Source of the DNA: a virus
Taxonomy: Duplodnaviria; Caudoviricetes
Strand: one strand, 5' to 3'
DNA length: 60,247 nt
Virus record (IMG/VR): IMGVR_UViG_3300030380_004437
Coordinates: 1-60,247 of that record
Of this stretch, positions 54,004 to 60,247 are shown piece after piece (within the stretch, counting starts at the first letter, position 1; each line of letters opens with the position of its first letter). The translations under genes were made by a program, and so were the position numbers. The notes below the pieces were generated by a model, which worked only from the letters and a program-made list of their open reading frames with translations, had not been told where the DNA came from and searched no databases.

Positions 54004-55169
54004 TAAATTGCCTCAAAACTAGGATACATTACAGGAGCTACAGGTCTTTTTCTCATAGATTCTAAATAATTCAATAACGCTGAATTTTCTATTCCTGTGT
54101 CGGTAGGTACTAATCCTGCTGTTTGATTATATGTTGCCCGTGCTCTTTCTGGACCAGAAATGTATCCTTCTAATGATCCAGCTTGACCTGTGCCCATGCC
54201 TTGATTCATGTAATCCATTATTTGTGGGTTTTGTCTTAAAGTTGACTCTTCACGCTCAGGTGTTACTGGGTCTTCAAATGCCCCTAATGAGCTTGCTCCC
54301 ATAAGACCTACAGCACCTTTTCCAAGCATACCTAAATCTTTAAAAGATTCTTTTATAGGTGTACCAGCACTGCCACCTGTAAACAGGTCGCTTGCATTAG
54401 CCCCTATGTTTTGATAAAAATCTCCTATACCACCCATATCACCTGCGTACATATTACCAGCACCAGCATCTCCAAATCCTAAATTAGCACCACCTATACC
54501 ACCACTACCAAATGTACCACCTTGTAGCCCTGCACCTGCTGCCATATTACTTAATTGAAAACCTGTTGCTGCCTGTTTTGCAGCATATCCTATATCACCT
54601 TCTTTTACCATACCACCCACAGCTCCACCGATGGTAGCACCTATAGGTCCACCAAAAGCAAAGCCCACTATATGTCCTATAGTCGGAGCATTTTTCTTAA
54701 TGTCTCCCCATAAATCACTTAAAAATCCATACTCCATAATTCCTGTATTAGGATTTATTGAGTTTGCTGGATTTCCTACAGTAAATTGGTCTATACTTAT
54801 ATCATATCTGCCATAAATATCTTCTAATTTTTTTCTAAACTCTGGGTCACCTGCTATTTTTTTAGGTATTACTACTTCTCCAGGAGCTAAGTGTCCTAAC
54901 ACTTGATCACCATACCTACCTTTATTAGCCAATATTTTTTCTAAATCTGGCTGACCCATTTCCATGTCTAATCCTGGTGCCACACCCATAATACTGTCAG
55001 GTAATACAGCAGACAACTGTCCTGTCACATCATCTCCCATGAGTGGCGAAATAGGTATATCTTTCAATAATCCTAATTGACCTTTATTTAAAAGATTTGA
55101 TATTCCACCAAGTTGCATTATGCCACCTTGCACTTGTCCCATAATTGGTAATTTTTCTAAAAAACTCAT
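54003..55169 (-). CDS. Internal virion/ejection protein (putative)
   Basis: GRYGD..LGHLAPGEVVIP...SINPNTG..EY; glycine-rich hydrophobic hairpin. Confidence 0.6.
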   Translation of the reverse strand: MSFLEKLPIMGQVQGGIMQLGGISNLLNKGQLGLLKDIPISPLMGDDVTGQLSAVLPDSIMGVAPGLDMEMGQPDLEKILANKGRYGDQVLGHLAPGEVVIPKKIAGDPEFRKKLEDIYGRYDISIDQFTVGNPANSINPNTGIMEYGFLSDLWGDIKKNAPTIGHIVGFAFGGPIGATIGGAVGGMVKEGDIGYAAKQAATGFQLSNMAAGAGLQGGTFGSGGIGGANLGFGDAGAGNMYAGDMGGIGDFYQNIGANASDLFTGGSAGTPIKESFKDLGMLGKGAVGLMGASSLGAFEDPVTPEREESTLRQNPQIMDYMNQGMGTGQAGSLEGYISGPERARATYNQTAGLVPTDTGIENSALLNYLESMRKRPVAPVMYPSFEAI

Positions 55170-55552
55170 TTTTCTCTTGAAACTCCTTTCATTTTTTCAT
55201 AAGTTCTAAGACCACCTAATCCGAGCATACCCATAAGTATACTAGATAATTGTGAAAACTCAAAGCTAGGAAGGTCAATTTTTAACCCAGAAACTATAAG
55301 TATAGTCTCTATTATTGGCGATAAAATAAAATGATACGCTAAAGCTACCCCACAAATCCATCCTACGAATGGACGCCAACCAGCTACAAATATATTTTTA
55401 TGTGCAGCTTCTTGTTTGTTTAATTGTATTTGTGCAAGATTAGCGTCATGAAACGCCATAGTCATCTCTTTTTGTAGCTTCATTTTTAGATTTTTATCAG
55501 GTATAAATTTACCTAATACTTTATCTGCTACTTCTATTACTTGACCTATCAT
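55166..55552 (-). CDS. 3TM holin (GTA holin-like)
   Basis: FVAGWRPFVGW...LMGMLGLGGLRTYEKMKG. Confidence 0.8.
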   Translation of the reverse strand: MIGQVIEVADKVLGKFIPDKNLKMKLQKEMTMAFHDANLAQIQLNKQEAAHKNIFVAGWRPFVGWICGVALAYHFILSPIIETILIVSGLKIDLPSFEFSQLSSILMGMLGLGGLRTYEKMKGVSREK

Positions 55553-55553
55553 A

Positions 55554-56009
55554 TTATTTATTTAATATCTTATGACCATAAATCTTATCCACCCAGTCGA
55601 TTAATTCATTTTCTTCTAGGGTATGCTTGAGTAAGTTTACCTTTTTTGCAACTAGTTGTATATTCTTTCTTACATATAAACCTCTGGGTTTTATCCTATC
55701 TATAGAGACGTTTGTGTCCTCTCCACCGTCACTTTTATTAAAAGTCATAGGTATACCAGATAAAGCACATCTACCCTCCTGCTCGTCCCAGAGCTCGTAT
55801 AAGTCCTCTGGTATAAGCGTAAATGTATGCCCTTGTTTTTCCCTCGAATATCTTAGTTGTATAAGTAAATTTTTCATAAACCTATACCTAGAACTAGATA
55901 TATGTAATTTTTTAGCTTTTTGTAAACAAGCACCACATGCTTGAGGTTTATTGTTGTGCCACCTATCAGTAAATTTATTACAGTAAGGGCATCTTTTCTG
56001 TTTTATCAC
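55554..56009 (-). CDS. HNH/His-Me-finger-like endonuclease (GTG start)
   Basis: QEGRCALSG...NVSIDRI...Y...NIQLV...VN..K. Confidence 0.6.
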   Translation of the reverse strand: MIKQKRCPYCNKFTDRWHNNKPQACGACLQKAKKLHISSSRYRFMKNLLIQLRYSREKQGHTFTLIPEDLYELWDEQEGRCALSGIPMTFNKSDGGEDTNVSIDRIKPRGLYVRKNIQLVAKKVNLLKHTLEENELIDWVDKIYGHKILNK

Positions 56010-56356
56010 AAGTGAATACTAGTTGCTCCCTTCGTCAATACTGATACTATACCTAAACTTGCTTGAGCCGATAAGCCATTTTCTGGCGGACCACTAAAGG
56101 AAGAAGTGTCGGTTGTATTGACATTTAACCAATTATCACCATCATAAACTTGTAGTTTATTTAAAGTTGTGTCAAATACTATTGCCCCTTGATTAAATTT
56201 ATTTTCTAATTTTTCTTGAGTTGTTATTTGACGAGTGTTATCTGGGTCAAATTGACCTAAATTAATTTCAAGAATACGAACTAATCTGTTGTATAGATTA
56301 CCGTCTATACTACCATCTACACTTATAGGTAGTTGTGATTGTAGAAGTTTACTCAT
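56006..56356 (-). CDS. Tail-associated structural protein
   Basis: YNRLVRILEINL...GAIVFDTT..KLQVYDG..W. Confidence 0.55.
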   Translation of the reverse strand: MSKLLQSQLPISVDGSIDGNLYNRLVRILEINLGQFDPDNTRQITTQEKLENKFNQGAIVFDTTLNKLQVYDGDNWLNVNTTDTSSFSGPPENGLSAQASLGIVSVLTKGATSIHL

Positions 56357-58257
56357 CTTCTTCCGTTAGGTTTTATCTCTATTCTATTATTACCTAATCG
56401 CCAACCTGTGTCTGTGTTTCCTGGATATGAAGCGTCATCATCAGATTCAAAACGCACAGCTATCTGTCTTGATCTTGACCTTAAATCTACTTTAGCTGTA
56501 TCTCCAGCTACTACATTTGTACTATTTGTAGTTAAAGTTTCTCCTGGAGCATTACGAGTTTTTAACACAAAATTTATTTGACCATCACTAGAGTTGTTTA
56601 AAAACCTAACGTCTGGTATAAGTTTGCTAACAAAACTAAATTGATCACCATCTTCTATGTCCATATCAGAACTTTCTATAAACACATTAGTCATAGGGCT
56701 ACCGTCATTATCGTAACCAAACTCATGTTGATATAAGTAATTACTGCCAGTAGCTCTAGGGTATGGTTCTGTGCCTGCGTCTAACCAAGCTGTTCTACTT
56801 AATTGACCATAAGCCCATGCATTGTTAGCGTAGTTGTAAGAAACATATCTATCTATTTCAGTACCACCACTTGATGTATAAAACCAACCTACTTCATCAA
56901 ACTCTTCGTTTAAAAAAGCATGGAATTTATATGCTTCAGAAATATTCAAATCATTAAACACATAGCTTAAAACAGAACAAGGTATTTTTTGTACTGTTCC
57001 TGTGTATACATAAAAGTTATCAATCGCCATCCAAAAAACACCTTTAGAGGTAACTATTGCTGCATTAGGTCCAATTAATCCTGTTTCTTTATTAATTAAA
57101 TTTACACCAAAAGTAAAAGGTGGTCCAACAAACTGCATACTATATAAAGCAGTATCTGTCCAAACTAGTATTTCTTGCCTAGATTTTTGGGCACCAATAA
57201 TTATACTTCCTTCCGATAGAGTCAAAGAACCAGCAGTGTTGGTACTTTTAGGTTCCCACTCTGTTATATTTTCTTGGTCACAAAATGCTATAAAAAGTGG
57301 ATCTTGTGTGCCTGTTCTTGCTGTTCCTGCAGCATTTAAAGGGTCAGCACCCATAACAATAGCGTGTCTATCTACTTGAGAAACTAAAGTCACCAAACCA
57401 ACAGTTGGAGCTAAGTTAGATCCTGCTAAATCTGTTAAGTTTTTAGCTCTATTATTTGCTGGGTTAGTTGCCCAAGATACTCCTGCGGAACTATCCCAAT
57501 AAAAAACTCCCCCATTTCTTGGATTAATAATTAAATCTTCACCAAAATTATCATGAGACCATAATCTTAATTGATTACCAAAAGCTAGTGGACTAGTGGA
57601 ACCGAAAGTACTTTCTCCCCAAGTACCTGCTCCCCAACCTGTGCCTGACACATAAGCATCAAGACCTATTTGTAATTGATAATAACCTATCACACTACTT
57701 CCGCCATTACCACTGTCAGAAGCATTCGCTGTCACTGGGACAGTAAATGTATAAGTATTGACAGTTGGTACAGAAACTACTTCAAAACCTGATTGATTAA
57801 GTGAAGCACTTTCTTGGTTTAAAACATCGGCAGTCACAAGACCACCTAAACTTGCTGCACCACTAAAACTTACATAATCTCCCACAGATAACCCATGATT
57901 ACTGTCCGTGGCAGTTATTGTACTTGAGCCATTACTTGCAGCAAAAGTGACATCTCCTGCAGAAGTTATTGACCGAAGAGGAGTTATATCATAAAAGCCC
58001 CCACCTTCTTCTACATAGTATTTTACAGTTGTACCTAAACCTAAAAATTTAGTTCCTACTAAATTTGTCCACCCATGTAAAGCTCTACAGTTGCCTTCAA
58101 AAGTATTACTGTTATCTTTTCTCCAGCCACCTATTTTTTCAGGGAGACCTTTAGCAAACCTGATAAGATTTCCGTCAAACCAACCATTCTCATTAGAGTA
58201 ATTTGTATTTTCTCTATTGATTCCTGGTCTGAACTGTATAGTAGTGAGTTTTGTCAT
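56353..58257 (-). CDS. Tail nozzle / DNA stabilisation protein (P22 gp10-like beta-propeller)
   Basis: FRPGINRE...PEKIGGW; ILVWTD; RTAWLD; C-terminal WRLG..R...PNGRR. Confidence 0.65.
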   Translation of the reverse strand: MTKLTTIQFRPGINRENTNYSNENGWFDGNLIRFAKGLPEKIGGWRKDNSNTFEGNCRALHGWTNLVGTKFLGLGTTVKYYVEEGGGFYDITPLRSITSAGDVTFAASNGSSTITATDSNHGLSVGDYVSFSGAASLGGLVTADVLNQESASLNQSGFEVVSVPTVNTYTFTVPVTANASDSGNGGSSVIGYYQLQIGLDAYVSGTGWGAGTWGESTFGSTSPLAFGNQLRLWSHDNFGEDLIINPRNGGVFYWDSSAGVSWATNPANNRAKNLTDLAGSNLAPTVGLVTLVSQVDRHAIVMGADPLNAAGTARTGTQDPLFIAFCDQENITEWEPKSTNTAGSLTLSEGSIIIGAQKSRQEILVWTDTALYSMQFVGPPFTFGVNLINKETGLIGPNAAIVTSKGVFWMAIDNFYVYTGTVQKIPCSVLSYVFNDLNISEAYKFHAFLNEEFDEVGWFYTSSGGTEIDRYVSYNYANNAWAYGQLSRTAWLDAGTEPYPRATGSNYLYQHEFGYDNDGSPMTNVFIESSDMDIEDGDQFSFVSKLIPDVRFLNNSSDGQINFVLKTRNAPGETLTTNSTNVVAGDTAKVDLRSRSRQIAVRFESDDDASYPGNTDTGWRLGNNRIEIKPNGRR

Positions 58258-58724
58258 TCTATTACTCTATATGTTTTACCATCGTAAGAAAAACTATTTT
58301 TTCTATTTTCTTCTGGAGATACATAACTTACGTGTACCCATCCACTATGTGGGTCTACATTATCATAAAATTCTAATATAATTTGATCGTAGTCAAGTTT
58401 TTCTTTAATGTAGTATAAGAGCTCCTCGTTATCTATTCCAGGAAGTTCTATATCTACGGCTTGACCTAGAGTGTGTTGACTAGTGTCACGAGAGCCAAGT
58501 TTTCTATTGAGCTCCAAACAGCGATAGCCAGAATTAGGACTAAAAGGTTTGCCGAAATTATTTCGTATGGGTTCAAGTATTTCCTCACAAAGAGATTTTA
58601 AGTTATTAAATATAGTTTCGTCTTGAACTGTATTATCAATATCATTACGTAGAGCAACTTGAGATTTTTCAAGTTCTCTTAACCTAAAGTGTTCTGATAA
58701 TCTAGTTTCTGAGGAGAACTCCAT
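58254..58724 (-). CDS. Peptidase M15 endolysin (start revised to MEFSSETRLSEHF)
   Basis: SGYR...SQH..GQAVD...WVHVS. Confidence 0.85.
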   Translation of the reverse strand: MEFSSETRLSEHFRLRELEKSQVALRNDIDNTVQDETIFNNLKSLCEEILEPIRNNFGKPFSPNSGYRCLELNRKLGSRDTSQHTLGQAVDIELPGIDNEELLYYIKEKLDYDQIILEFYDNVDPHSGWVHVSYVSPEENRKNSFSYDGKTYRVIE

Positions 58725-58734
58725 TTTCGTTCCC

Positions 58735-58947
58735 CTAAAACAACGCAAATTTTACTAAAAATCCAATAACAGTTAAAGAAATAGTAACAATAAATATCAA
58801 GCTATTCCTTATAGTTCTATTGATTGAAGAAATACCATTTTCTATTGAGTCAAGTCTGCGATAATTTTCTTTCCATCGCTGGTCACATGCTGCTTCATGA
58901 GCACTTAACCTTTTATCTAATTCAGTGACTGTTGCTCTTTTTGCCAT
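58735..58947 (-). CDS. XhlA-like coiled-coil plus TM lysis accessory protein
   Basis: HEAACDQRW coiled coil, C-terminal TM helix. Confidence 0.55.
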   Translation of the reverse strand: MAKRATVTELDKRLSAHEAACDQRWKENYRRLDSIENGISSINRTIRNSLIFIVTISLTVIGFLVKFALF

Positions 58948-58948
58948 T

Positions 58949-59083
58949 TTAAAAATGATTTTTTAAATTTTCCCAGTATTCAACAGCTTTTTTATTTACA
59001 AACCTGTTGATGTCTGGTCTTACTGCTTTAAGTAAAACTTTTCCTAGAATTAAAGCTAAAGCTATCCATATTATAATTTCCAT
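58949..59083 (-). CDS. Small membrane protein (start revised to MEIIIWIAL)
   Basis: GAGG RBS, N-terminal TM helix. Confidence 0.55.
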   Translation of the reverse strand: MEIIIWIALALILGKVLLKAVRPDINRFVNKKAVEYWENLKNHF

Positions 59084-59090
59084 ATTTACC

Positions 59091-59726
59091 TCATGAGAAA
59101 ATGATACCATTATTTGGACCTGCCCCACTATAAGCAAGGTTGTAGAATCCAAGAGTTTGGTAAGTTGTATAACCTGGAGATGTCCATGACCAATTGGTTG
59201 TCCATCCAGAAGGAGCATTAGCGTTTTGTGACTGATAAAAGGTGGCAGCAGTCCTACTAAAACTATTGGTTGAACTATTCCAAGCTGGACCAGAACAGTT
59301 CGTTATTGTTAGAGTGCTCCAATTAGAATTACTCATTTTACCATCAACAACTAAATGGGCTGCTGTATTGCCAAAAAATCCTCCACTGGTGATTCCCAGT
59401 AAAGTTTTACCAGAAATGCCTGTTATAGTAGTTGCGTTGGTTGTGCCCATGACAGTCCCAAAATTAAATGCTTGTTGCCTATACCCCCATGTGACGTACT
59501 GTTGATAATATGAATTTATCGTAATTGTTTGTGCTACTGTTCCTGTTGAAGCTTCTTCTGCCATTGCACCGTAAAAATCTGCAAAATCTGATTGTGCTTC
59601 TGAGGACTTGCCTATTAAACTCCTTATATCTGAATCATTTATGGTACAAGCTGAGGTTGAGGAACCTCCAGCTTCTACGTGGATCTCATTTAAATTTATT
59701 GCTCCACTAGTTGGAAGTTGGGACAT
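59091..59726 (-). CDS. Putative fibre-tip adhesin 2
   Basis: LPTSGAINLNEIHVEAGGSS...INDSDIR shared with 3157-3780. Confidence 0.6.
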   Translation of the reverse strand: MSQLPTSGAINLNEIHVEAGGSSTSACTINDSDIRSLIGKSSEAQSDFADFYGAMAEEASTGTVAQTITINSYYQQYVTWGYRQQAFNFGTVMGTTNATTITGISGKTLLGITSGGFFGNTAAHLVVDGKMSNSNWSTLTITNCSGPAWNSSTNSFSRTAATFYQSQNANAPSGWTTNWSWTSPGYTTYQTLGFYNLAYSGAGPNNGIIFS

Positions 59727-60247
59727 TTTTTAGTTCCTCTACTTGTTTACTTAAATCTTTTACTGCTTCTATAAGTAGCCCAACAGTATTTGCATACTTC
59801 ATGGTTTTTACTGTTCCTAGTTCTTTGTCTTCATGTTCATCTACTAGCTCTGGCACTATTTTCTCCACTTCGTTCGCTACTACTCCTATTTCTTTTGAGT
59901 TGTTTGATTTACGAGTAAAATGTACACCTCTCAATTTATTTACTTTTTCTAAAGCGTTTTCTATTTGATAAATATCTTCTTTGAGTGCTAAGTCAGAATA
60001 TGCACCTACATTACCTGTAGCTGTAAAATTACCACTAGTGTCAGTAGTAAGCATGGTAGTGCCTGAATTATTATCGACACGAAAAACTCCATCAAATTTA
60101 AGTATAGTGTTGCTGTTTGTGGCTAGGTAAATTCTGTTCCTGCCATCAGCAGAACTAATCCAAGCATCATTAGGTAATGCTGCATTTAATTTAGTACCTA
60201 ATTGCGTTTGTATGGCAGAAGTCACACCATCTAAATATCCTATTTCT
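59707..60247 (-). CDS. Tail fibre 2, C-terminal part with S74 chaperone (allele B of the tip)
   Basis: SDLALKEDI...NALEKVNKLRGV...YANTVGLLIEAVKDL; continues the frame of 1-1041. Confidence 0.85.
   Translation of the reverse strand, partial: EIGYLDGVTSAIQTQLGTKLNAALPNDAWISSADGRNRIYLATNSNTILKFDGVFRVDNNSGTTMLTTDTSGNFTATGNVGAYSDLALKEDIYQIENALEKVNKLRGVHFTRKSNNSKEIGVVANEVEKIVPELVDEHEDKELGTVKTMKYANTVGLLIEAVKDLSKQVEELKNVPTSN
59980..60247. repeat. Diverged terminal duplicate of 1-268
   Basis: Collinear at offset 59979; final 33 nt identical to 236-268; centre diverged. Confidence 0.9.

Noticed and set aside
275-59968. The many short plus-strand ORFs in the track (e.g. 4054-4455, 9008-9403, 41813-42265, 48862-49572) and minus-strand 12318-12527, 45777-46091
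   Set aside because: Shadow frames of well-supported genes
59980-60247. True direct terminal repeat of the virion DNA
   Set aside because: Copies are diverged, lie inside a tail-fibre gene, and only 33 nt match exactly
1-60247. tRNA/rRNA genes, integrase, IS elements, alternative genetic code
   Set aside because: None recognised by eye; long genes read cleanly in the standard code; a tRNA scan was not possible

Overview
The window looks like a complete, circularly closable genome (about 59,979 bp unique) of a low-GC tailed phage, probably a marine podovirus. Nearly all genes are on the minus strand. It has three parts. (1) A morphogenesis and lysis block at 1-19193 and 47178-60247: TerL, portal, scaffold, MCP, GroES, adaptors, nozzle, ejection proteins, two tail fibre plus adhesin pairs, M15 endolysin and holin. 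(2) An early region of small genes at about 19300-33900. (3) A replication and DNA-modification block at 33842-47181: PolA, AEP primase, UvrD and SNF2 helicases, SSB, and a thymidine-hypermodification cluster (dUMP hydroxymethylase-type TS, 5-hmdU DNA kinase, TAGT-type glycosyltransferase, cytidylyltransferase, Nmad1-like, AlkB). The most striking signal is that the regulatory DNA appears to be written around T followed by G or C (TpS). A 222-bp promoter and gene start contains no TG, TC, CA or GA step, and even its ATG is replaced by AAG. It alternates with non-coding blocks packed with SATS tetramers (GATC/CATG/GATG/CATC). Eleven early promoters share TAGG-SATS-N6-SATS-N5-TATACT. A second promoter class (TTTACT-N16/17 to a -10 box) precedes all five paralogues of a small putative DNA-binding domain. 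I infer a modification-dependent ('epigenetic') transcription cascade, which has not been tested. The two contig ends carry two different alleles of the same tail-fibre tip. All family assignments come from motif recognition by eye, not from database searches.
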